Part shown: piece by piece, positions 51,101-61,906 of the stretch
How the letters are laid out: each line of letters starts with the position of its first letter
Position numbering within the stretch: position 1 is the first letter of the stretch
Source of the DNA: Klebsormidium nitens
Lineage: Eukaryota; Plantae; Klebsormidiophyceae
DNA: 64,000 nucleotides
NCBI GenBank assembly: GCA_000708835.1
Contig: DF237232.1
Coordinates: forward strand, 49,307 to 113,306
Direction: 5' to 3'
Notes under the pieces: generated by a model
What the model was told of the DNA's origin: nothing
The model's database searches: none
The model's input: only the letters and a program-made list of their open reading frames with translations
Position numbers and translations under genes: made by a program

Positions 51101-52588
51101 CTGCAGGGCCGGAAGCTGTTCCAGGAGATCTGGAGTATCTAGCTCTCGGGTCTTACTATGGCCCTGCACAGCTTGAAGACAGCAATTCAGCATGGGTGCA
51201 AACCATGGTTCTTCCCCTCAACATACACCTGCTGATTGCCCCGTCCCGAAAGTATCTCAGAGTGTTCGCAGTCAATCTTTAGCGGCGTGTCGAACAAACC
51301 GACTGCTTGCTTACAAGCCAAGCTTTTTTGTTGCCAATAGAGGTAAAAAGAGCTCACCGACGAACGCTCAGCTTCCACGTCGTACTTCAGTACCCGGAAG
51401 CACTCCAACCTTTCCTCCAAGAAGAGCGCATACACTCGTACCCATGCAGAGTAGTCCCAAGCTGCAGGGGGGTTGGGACGTCACTACCATCAGCACCAAG
51501 TATTCTACACTGTGAGCATTTTAGCCCTGCATTGTCGGCAATTGCATTAGACTGCAGTCCAAATACTCCACATAAGAAGGTAAACATGTCTCGCCGTGCT
51601 CCACTTTCCAAGAGAAGCAATATCACCCGAACGTATCTACTTCACATGGTAAGCAGTCAAACAAGCAAACATGAGGCATCCCGAACCTTCTGCTCACCTG
51701 GGGGACTGGACTCGTCCTTGAAGTGAGACATATTTAGGAGGTGGTTACGGCTTCGAGAAAAGTTGATAAGCTCCTCGCGGAAAGTAGGGTCTCCTTCTCG
51801 CAGACATCTGTGGATCACCATCAATGTCTTCAGAGCGACCTGCATACACGAGGATCATAGAGTCAAGTGCTGTGCACCAGATCCTAAACCACATCCAGAG
51901 AGTCTTCAAGATTCAAATCTTGCTTAGAAACCAGCTCCAGAAGCTGTCATTTCGTAACACCATAACTTACCGCCCAGTTGTGCGTCTTGGATAACCGCTT
52001 CGCAATTGCATTGATGAGGTATGCGATGTCCGCCCGTGGCCTGGCAGCAGATGTTGCGGCCAGTATTGCTGCATTCATTTTAAACCAGGATGAGCAGTGA
52101 CTCTTGAAATAGTGAAAATCTCAAGCAACAATCAGAGGAGTAATCACAGCGCAGTGTATTATGAGCTTTCCTGAGAGACCGAGTTCTATCAAGCCTGATC
52201 GTGCTGCCTACATTCCAGAAGTGCAACCTCCGTGCCAGAATTGACTTAGGGCCGCAGCCGCAACTCACTTCGTACGTGCTTTTCCTTTGGAGGTGACTCA
52301 ATGTGGTTGGTTGCTTTTACCACAGCAACATCCAGATCCTGCACATACGTGATCCATCTTAAGCGATCCAGCCCAGAACTGGCAGGCTTGGCTAGAGGCA
52401 GCACTGCACCTGCTTTGCAAACAATAGCAGCTTCAGAAACCTGCACATGCAAGAATCCTCAAAATTGCACATTGCTCTGCATCAGGCGGGAAGGCAATGC
52501 TTACCTTGTAGTTGCCGCTGCCAGCCTTCGCCAAACTGACAGATGTTGCGTCTTTTGCCTTTCCGGCATACTTTCGAAAAGACGACAT
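48183..52588 (-). CDS. ANTH-domain clathrin assembly protein (AP180/PICALM family)
   Basis: Multi-exon gene whose first exons are 52505-52588, 52269-52338, 51971-52068 and 51698-51839. Translation [21 protein letters not shown]...[21 protein letters not shown]...[41 protein letters not shown]...[29 protein letters not shown]...[13 protein letters not shown]...[23 protein letters not shown]...[13 protein letters not shown], with a C-terminal NPFGNP repeat. Middle exons are not fully resolved. Confidence 0.93.
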
Positions 52589-53747
52589 CCTTGGAACTCA
52601 GGGTCACTTTGCAACCAAGATGCAATCTGCTCTGCGAAAACTCCTGTGAGGGACTCCCCGTCTGATCAAGTGTCCTGACACAGCGGAGTGTATTCCCGTT
52701 TCTTGAGCAATTGTCTACAGTCCTTATCTTTGACGCAGGCTTTCGCAGGGATGTAATGGCCTCTTTCCCAGACACCCTTTCCTTCCTGCTTCCTCGGGTC
52801 CGCAAGAAGGACGCCTGTGACGCAAAGCAGCAAAGCGCTGCCTCGCCTCGATTCGATTGACCTGTGTGCTGTCCAGGCCCCAGCTGGTCTGCCAGTGCAA
52901 GACTGCAGCCTGGTGCGCAGGGCAGCCAGTCAAGTAATGGCGTAGCTATAGCCCTAGGTACGGTACTTGTGAAAGTACAACCACCGTAGTCCAAGCCTCA
53001 AGCCTCAGAAGGTACCTAATATGATTTCGAATAACCAAATAATTATCTGCATTCGGAACATCAGAAAGTCGAACTATGTAATACCCGTTCGGAAAGTGGA
53101 ATTTCGGAAAGGTCAATAATTCTGGAAATGGTCCTCAATACTTGGAAGCCCCATGCACAAGTTACAGCCGTCAACTGGGCCCAAGACGGCCAGTGTCAGC
53201 CGAAATATTCCCTTCTTATTGAGAACATACGGCATTCGGATTATGTTGTCAGAACCAGCATAAATGGATCCGCTTTTCTCGTCGGATTGTCGAAAAACAA
53301 TTCGAAAATAAAATCGTCTGGAACCTATAGGCTACCGTATACTTACTCAGACTCGGAGTACGGTCAAAGTGGTCAAGCCGTGGAGTGCTCGGGCCTTCGG
53401 TTTCCGGACACCTCAGACCCTCCATGACTTCAAAGCCTGCTGTGATTGGCAAATACATACCGTCGATAGAGCTGACGTCAATATTGACCGTCCAGAAGAG
53501 CCGATCCTAAACTTACTAAGGTTGTAAATACCGTAGGTATAAATTTACCGTAGGATGCACTCTGCATGCAGAGGCCCAGCCTGAAGTCTAAGAGGAGAAG
53601 AGCCAGTGTTTTGAATCAAGGGTGGTCGCCTCCGACCTCCCTCTGCAACGGTGGTGCCCTAGGCTGGCCTAATACGCAATGCTGGGGTTTTCGTACTCCA
53701 GAGTCCACTTCTCTTGATTGAGGCGCTTCCTCAGAACCCCTGCAACC

Positions 53748-56700
53748 ATGACCTTTGAAACTTTAAGTGCGCGGCTGCCGCGGCTGAGAGACGGGTGCGT
53801 TCGAGGGGCGTGGTATGTGCAGAATCATAAGGAGCTCAAATGTGAAGGGATTGCCAATCATCAACTGTCCGCCTCCTTTCAAAGCAAGAAGATACAGGGG
53901 GCCATACAGGTGCCCAGAAGCCTGTTAACATCCAGATCTCATGTGTTCTGCGAACAAGTTAAGAAGAAGCTGCAATATTGCCCTGGGCAGCTGATTGCCC
54001 CAGTGTGTGGTAATACTCTCCACAACCGACGTTCCGTGGGTGGCGCTCATGGGAAACCTGCTGCTGTTCAAGTTTCGGCAGACCTGGATCAATCAAGAAA
54101 CTCAGCCAATGTTCCCAAAGAAGTTCTGAAGCGTGTTGCTGTGATTGGGAGTGGCGTTTCAGGTCTGGCAGCTGCAAAAGCTTTTTTGCAAGATGGGCAC
54201 TTTCAAGTGAGTGTCTATGAGCAGCAGAATGAGCTGGGAGGTCTGTGGGCCAAGACGTACGAAACCGCTCGCATCCAGAACGGGAAGTCAATGTATGAGT
54301 TCTCAGATCATCCAATGCCAGCTGAATTTCCGATGCTGCCGTCAAAAGATCAGGTCAAATCGTACTTAAAAACTTACGCGCATCGTTTCAGCGTGGATCA
54401 GCACATCAACTTCGGTACGCGTGTCGCAAGCATGCGGAAGGCAGATCTAGACAGGTATGCCACCCCAACCTCTATTTGTAGAATTTGCACTTGACCTCGT
54501 CTTGCCCAACGTGGTCATCAGAGACTGCATGTGACATAACACCTGTGATGCTGACGGTGATTCTGGCCCCCAATGATAAGGCTAGAATCTGTGTTGCCCC
54601 CACCAAGCTTATAAGGTCAACTTCTTGTTTGTAACTCAGCCAGCTGGGAAGGTTTCGCGTTCCAGCTTTATGTCAAGCGTCACTGACTGCTCAATGTTGG
54701 GGGCCTCTTCCTGCAGGACCGGGGCAAGTTGGGCAGACTGCAAATGGATCCTGGACCTCGAGACACTGGGAGAAGATGGGGCATGGCGCCATCACAAATC
54801 AGAAGAATTTGACTTGGTCATCATGTGCCTTGGCAATTACAGCGAGAAACCGCACCTGCCGTCCTTTTCAGAGGGCAAGGGCCCGGAGGTCTTTTGTGGG
54901 GAGAGCATCCATTCCGCTTCATTCAAAAGTGCGCAAAACCTGCAGGTATGACCGTATTCTTGTGTTGGTCTTAAAGCCATCGACGTGCTGCCAATCAGAT
55001 CCCAGGTCGGGGCGGGTGTTTCTGCAGGACCCAATGTAGATCGGTGGTTGCTGTTCTGAACATCTCTATCACTGCCCATTGTTGATGGCTAGCCATACCA
55101 GCGCTTTTCCCTTAACCGTACATGACAGCCTTCTCCTCTTTGTGACAGGGCCGCCACGTTGGAGTCATAGGCTTTGGAAAGACGGCTTTGGACATTGCAG
55201 TGGCAGTTGCTGCCGCACAAGAGGAGTCGGGGCTGCCAGTCACTCTTATCTTCCGAAAAGCAAAGTGGATAATACCAAGGTGAGGACGTCTTGTGTGCAG
55301 AACAGATTTTATCATTCTCAGTCTGTGCCCTTTTGACACATTTTCAATTTCGGTCTCACCGTTTTACCATAGAATTAATATCTGGTGTCTTCTGACTGCA
55401 AGTGTTTTTTTAAGTGCCCGCAAATTCAGACGGCCAGAGCTTCTCATTTGACTTCAAATGCAAATGCAGTTCGGAAAGCTTGGGACCATCAGTCTCGATG
55501 CATGAAATACCAAGTGAAAACTTGATTTTAGAAGACCTCACTGTCTGGTCCTAGGCTGATATGTGTACCCTTGTATAGAGTCTCGTTTCTCTGGTCAAGG
55601 CCCTCCGTTTTGTTCCAACCAATCCTGGACATGTCAAAGACAGATCTAGTGGTAGATGTGAGGACTACCAGCCAGTCAAAGCTACCCAAATGGATCCATG
55701 TAAAAGGAAATCTGGACGGAAGAGCTTCAAATGCCGCTTCCGTCAAAGCTCTACCCTTGGACGTTGTCAAGACCAGCATCGCGTTGTGGGCAGTCTCCCC
55801 AGCCACTGCGCCTTGATTGACCCTTCTTCTTCTTCGACTGTGCTGTCGACTTTGCAATTCGCACTTTGTGTGCAAGCCAAAGATCGCCCGGATCTTCTAA
55901 GCTGGCGTGGAACTTCTTGCCTGCTGACTTCGAAGTCTGTCTTGCTCCAGGAAAGCGCTCGAGAGGCGGGGGAACAATTCGCGGCCGTATTTGCGCTTCA
56001 CCGAGCTGTGGGTCGCCAAGCCGGAACGGCACTGGGCGGAGCACCTCCTCCACACGCTGGGGTTCCCGCTGGTGAGCGAGCGCAACTATCGGTGCGGTAC
56101 CTGGAACGATCCGGGTGTATTAGGATGTGATGTCGCTTCGAAGCGGGTCCAACTTAGCAGGTAGCTAAGTTCTTCATGACTTGTTAGTGCACGGAAACTT
56201 AGTCGGAGGCACTCGACCGTCCTCTGACAAGTTGCTGTTCCTCAGACTTATTAGCGTGTCTCAGTGTACACGTATGGGAAGAAGGGTCAAAAGTTGTCTT
56301 CTCCAAGAACTTCTCTCGGTTCACGCCAGAGATTGACGACAATCGTCAATCTTTGCCCGGCACCAGGCTTTTAAAAGCAGTTGCCCTTCCCTGTCCAACT
56401 GTTTGGCGCCCCGCTTCCAGGTGTGGCTGTACTGGGCTGTGCAGCAGCGAGTGATTCGGGGCATGCTAGACGGGTTGGTGCAGAGCGGCAGCTACCGGCC
56501 GAGGCACTCGCTGCAGAGCGCACTGGGCTGCCCTCTGGCCTTGGAACCGGAGGGCTTCCAGGAGCTCGTCAAGGCGGGCCGCATCGTGCTCAAGGAGGTC
56601 TCAGGTGCGCGCTCAAAAGAATCAGGCTGGCGCTGGCCGACGTGTGATGGAACAGGGACAGCGCTCAGCATCGATCTCTGTATTTATGACCACGCGTCTT

Positions 56701-57707
56701 TCTTGCCTTGCTTCCACTTCAAACGGAGCCCTGTCTCGACTTTCGAACTTGCTGAAAGCATCGGTTCCGTCCACCTCGGATCGAACCAAACTTTTCCCGT
56801 GCCAAGAGGTTCTTTCATACTCAATCTCTCCTCGCCGGCCCTTTGACAGCGGTTTAAGATTGACGCCCACCGACTCCACGCGCCTCCGTGCAGACTGGCA
56901 CTACACTGAGCGGGGCCTGCGGCTGAATGGTCACGACGACCTGGCCTTGGACACGGTGCTGCTGTGCACCGGGTATGACGGGCCGAGCAAGCTGGCGGAG
57001 ATCCTGCCGGAGAATGAGAGACAGTTTCTCGCTGAGCATCAGGATGGTCTCCATCTTTTCAGGTGAGCCGTTGGTTCTGCTTTGCGGCTCCACGGAAAGT
57101 CAAATTATCACGAAGACAGCCTCGAGATAATCCGCTAGTATACGAGACTGGTCGATCAGACACAGCGCTGAAGTCATGTTTTCGTCCTTCCTACTCAGGT
57201 TCAGCGTTTGTTTTGCCTGTGAAAATCGTCTTTGCAGTGGGTCCTTTTTGTGGTTCACTTTGGCCAACAAGTTCGTCACGAGTTGTTTGCTTTGTCGCCG
57301 GCCTAGAGGCTACGAGCCCCGCCTGTCAGCGATTAACTCTTCCCGCTGGTTTCCGCAGGGGCATCATCCATCCCAAGGTGCCCGCCGTCGCCTTCTTGGG
57401 GTACAACATGACGTTCTCGGTGGTGCACTCGTCGGAGCTGGGGGCAAAGTGGCTGGCCAAGCTGGCCGGCGGGTCCTTCGATCTGCCTAGTGAAGAGGAG
57501 ATGGAAAGGGACAGGGAAAAGTGGCGAACGTTCCGTGAGAAGAACTGGATCTCTTATCCGGAGCGAGGGCAGTGCTTTGCTCCGCTCAATCTGACATACT
57601 ACGACATGCTTAGAGCCGACATGGGCTGGCCAAAGCTGGTCCTGAGTTCGAACCCTCTAAAAAATCTGATTGCTCCCATAGCATCAAGGGAAGTGTGCGA
57701 ACCTTGA
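53748..57707 (+). CDS. Flavin-containing monooxygenase, FMO1-like clade, with an N-terminal extension of about 125 aa
   Basis: Exons 53748-54454, 54717-54945, 55149-55279, 55951-56071, 56421-56604, 56894-57062 and 57359-57707 join in frame. FAD motif GSGVSG, TYET..IQ....YEFSD, FMO signature KGPEVFCGESIHSASF, NADPH motif GFGKTA, and CTGY. Confidence 0.9.
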
Positions 57708-57759
57708 ATATTCATTGAGTTGTATATAGACTGAATAAGTTGCACTGAGCTCGCTTAAT

Positions 57760-58740
57760 CTGGTTACTTACTGAACAGCATATACAGCATAGCCTTCAGC
57801 GCGTTGATTGCATCAAGCGCCAAGTAGTTCGCACCCCACGTTCTTAATGCAGGAGCCCATGAAGTGTGGTCGCCTTTGATTCTTATAAGCTGTCGCCCCT
57901 TTTTTTTCCTATTCTTTTGTCTAAAAACCTTTGCAAAAAGGGGGCGCCCCAGGGGATTTGCCCTTGTATATAGTGCCTGGCCCGCATCCCCGCTAGACTT
58001 GAAAGATGTGGCTCCCTTAAAGCCGCATGAGCAAGCTGATCGGATTGTCTCCTTAGTGCAGTCGTCCTTGTCACTGTACTCAGATCCCTATGTAATCAGG
58101 CGGATGGAGCTCGACAAAGAAGTTTTCATGGTAGCATTGCCACTATGCGCATGCATGGTACGCCGTGCAGCACGCGGCCGCATATATGCGCGCCGTACGT
58201 TGGGCTAGCTCGTCCCACGCGAACGACATAATTTTCTTAAGCACATATGCACGGCCCGGCTGTTAGTGCATATCATATGATCATCTTCATCCGCAGATTG
58301 TCGTGATTATTATCTACTTAATTTATACCATGCAACCCATCATGCGATGCGCAGCGCAGCCGCAGCTAGCTCTAGCTATATATGCGCAACCTGACTGAGG
58401 CTTAATCCGATCCCACCGTATTTGTCCAACTTAAGCCCATGGTGGATTGATAGCTTGCACCGTACAGATACAGCTACCTGTACTGGTTGGCGTGAAATCC
58501 AACGCGTGGTCGAGCCGCGGCCGACTGGATGATTTGCCGTTAGATGCATACATCTCGGCCGTTATACAGACTTAGATGTTCATTCCCGGCTTATAACAAT
58601 CGACAAAATTCACGTCCCGCGGACAGCTCACTGTCACATCTATATGGTACACTTTACTATCAAAGTCTCGGTAGCTGTGATCATGTACTCCTAAGGGAAT
58701 GCTTAAGCAACATCATTCGCTCTCAACTCCTTTGATTTTT
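57760..58740. other. Palindrome-dense convergent spacer tract G
   Basis: Lies between FMO (+) and SOD (-). 25 palindromic 4-mers in 58141-58260. 12-bp palindrome CGCATATATGCG at 58179-58190. Boundaries are approximate. Confidence 0.75.
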
Positions 58741-58994
58741 GCAACGATTTGGGTCGACCGTCGTGTTTCTTCTGCAGGATTTGAACTTTCTCTCCTCTGA
58801 ATGCCAGCGAGGCCGCTTCACTTCGATTCCTTGCTTGCGAAAAGACAGACACATGCTTGTCCGTCTCGACGCTCAACCGATCGAGTCAACAGAGTGCAAA
58901 ACGACTCGATTGATCTTCCCTCGAGGTCCGAAGCAACCTCCTAACCTGTCTTACGTTCACCAAGCCCAGTATTTACCTGCGGGTCTCTGCTTAG

Positions 58995-61545
58995 CTAAAC
59001 CAGCCTCACTGTTGCATACGCTGCTCGACCTCCGGCGTTTCCTGATGGCTGCAAAGAAGCAGAGTGGGGCCATCGTTAAATTCGACCGAATTCTCGTGAA
59101 GCGAGATATCTAGCAAGAGAAGCACGAAGCGGGACCTGAACGGCCACAGTACACGCCGGAATGGAAACTAACGGAAGTTTGCTTGAATCGGTACTCCGCT
59201 TGGCCATCCAATCAGATCCAAAGGTACTTTAAGCTTTTTAGATAACATCACGACTGAAGGGCTCGATATAATACGAATTGAAACCATCCCGCCATTGGTC
59301 ACAGTCTTGATGAAAAAGTTGTTTGTTACCCCCGGCAACCGTGGGCTGCCTTTCTGTAACGAGTCTGCCAGCTATCCACGTGGCGGCCACGCCGCTAAGC
59401 ACAAAGATCCTAGCGGAGCTGCGTAAGTGTCTGCTTCTTGTTAAGATATTGACTTTATTTCTCAGGCCGGGAGCGACTGGAGTTGTGGAGGTCATGCTCT
59501 GACGAGGGCAAAGAGCGTAAGCTATCGAAACCCCGGCACCCAAGGCATCAAGGGTCAATTCGATACCCTGCCCACCGACCCACAATTTTCGATCGAATCA
59601 CAGCAAGCTGCTCAAGGTGAAGCCAGTCGAAAAATGGAAGAAACACAAGCCCACCCGCAGAAAGCCAGAGGTAAGCATGCAGGCCATCAATCTAACCAAA
59701 AGATAACCAAGCCGTCAAGCAACAACAATCTACACAGTCAAGGCGACCCCCACCTGAGACTCCAGATCGTCCTGACCAAAATGGACGACCACCGAGTGTC
59801 CCACAATCGAGCTGGGCCCGTCTAAGCTGATGACAACGTCCTCCAGCGTGGTCTGGACCTTGCCATCCTGCAAGGCAGGCAGATGAGCAGGCGCACAACT
59901 CAGGGAAGTGTCTCTGATTAAGAATATGGCCAAGTATTGAGCCTAAATCCTTCCACCCGTCGAGTCTTGCTGATCTGATGCAGGCCTCGTTACATCCAGG
60001 TCAGATGGCACAGACGGCAACTCAGCCATTGTGCTGGCCCTACGTTGTCAGCCCGAATGTTCCCCAGATCGCCCACATGCCGCTCCTCGCTGCCAGGCGC
60101 CCCGTGGGGCTTCTTGCTGGGGTTGTAGTGCCCCCCCGTGCACAGGCCGTCATCGCATGTGACATCGCCAATCTCCTGCAGCGACATCGAGACCAGTATG
60201 AACAGAACCGCAGCAGTCCTAGCATCTGACTATTTTGCGAGCACAGGCTTCATTTCTAACAGGCACACATGGGCAGGGGTAGCAGTCCCACCACCTCTGT
60301 CTCGCGGTCAGTTTGAGCCAGCACGGAGCAGAGCGCCGAAGTTCATTGCCTAAACATGAGTTGGTTCATTTGTCAGTGCTTGCGCTGAAGTAACGAGCCT
60401 ATGAACGGTTTGTTTTAGCCAGACTTCCAATGGGCGCAGAAAGTTGACCGACTTTTCTCCCGATGTTGCTTCCGCACAGGTCATTGGACACTACCTAAGG
60501 ACGGCTGGGTCAGCGATCCCCCTTCACCTCCCTTCCCATCCCCCCTACCCCTTCCTTCCCCTCCCCCCGCTCCTCCCCCGCCCCTCCCTCTTCACCCCCC
60601 CTTCATTGCCCTGCATGGCTTCACTTTCGTTTGCTTGCCAGTATCAGGCAAAGAACACATACAGTAATGCAGACTCTTTGCCAAGGGACAAAATCCTGAG
60701 AGACAAGACGCCAAGGAGCAGAGTTCTGAGAAAGAAGCTGTACATCGCTCCAAACTAAAGCGTCTGCTCAAGCTGACTCACATGAATGTGGAATCCATGC
60801 ATACCAGGGGAGAGACCCCCAATATTGACGTCCACCTTCACTTTCCTGCCACCAAAGAAGCCCGACGACTCTGTGAATGTAACTTCACCTGTACAAGGAG
60901 CAGGAGATGCAAATTACGTTGACGGGGTCCACATTTTGGGGGCTTTAAAGCCCACTAAAAATTGTTCTTCTACAATGATAAATAGGACTCTGGAACAATA
61001 CCTGCGGAAGAAGTAAAGAACCACCTCAGAGGAGCTCAAGCAACTGCTGCGAATGACTATCCGGTCAACAACAGCGGCCACGATGCACTCCTGGCATAGA
61101 TTCTCACAACACATGCTGTGGGCGACTTCAAAAAGCACCATTCAGTGGGCCTTGTTCTAGACATGGAAGGAGACATACCAAAAGCCGTGCTTCCCTTTGT
61201 AGGAACCAATTTGGCAACTGCCACCTTTGCAGCTGCTGCCTCAGCTGGCTGAGCCAATGCTGCGCTGGCTAGGGCGAGGCCGAGGAGGAAATCTCGCCGG
61301 GGGCACTCAGGCCCACATTGGCAGCCCACTGCCCTTGCTTCTGAGAAGCTGCCCACACATTGTGCCTGGACTGCGAGCTTTCGGGTATGAATTGGCACTG
61401 GGGCAGCATGCACGGGAAGGCCCCAAAATGACTTTGGCAGGACGGCGGAGCTTGCGACAGAAGCAGCCGCTTCTGGACGAAAGACTAAAGCACCAATAGT
61501 AAGGGCAGCAGGGCCTGAAAAGGCAATTGCTACAGTGCACGCCAT
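58995..61545 (-). CDS. Cu/Zn superoxide dismutase with a predicted plastid transit peptide plus twin-arginine thylakoid transfer signal, about 257 aa
   Basis: Exons 61179-61545, 60782-60888, 60044-60175, 59754-59867 and 58995-59048 join in frame. Metal ligands are present: [29 protein letters not shown], plus the catalytic Arg in GNAGGR. The N-terminus contains [21 protein letters not shown]. Confidence 0.92.
60517..60604 (-). repeat. C-rich (G-rich on the sense strand) low-complexity tract in SOD intron 2
   Basis: Many runs of 3-7 C separated by short T/A/G linkers, e.g. CCCATCCCCCCTACCCCTTCCTTCCCCTCCCCCCGCTCCTCCCCCGCCCCTCCC. Confidence 0.8.
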
Positions 61546-61906
61546 TCTGCTGGACAAGAGGACTGGAAAGCGGAGAGCTGTACAGATTCGCACCCTAGGT
61601 GGTCCTTGAGAGTGCTTGAGAACGGATTGCAAATTTGTTAATTCTTCACGTTTGTAATTAGTGAAGAATTTCGGTTCTCTTGTGCGGACCGACAGATTCG
61701 AATTTGTTAGCGCGCAGCGCGGCCGCGCAGCGGCCGCGTGCGCGACTTCAGCAGTATAAAATGAGCAATCTCCCGCTCATTCCTTCATTCTGCCAAGTTC
61801 TAGCACGCAAGTTCGCTACGATCGTGCACTCTTTTCCTTTCTTCTTTCCCTTTCTTTTCGTTTCGAAGAACAGTGAGCTACTCTATCAGAGCCTCTCAGC
61901 CTGCGT

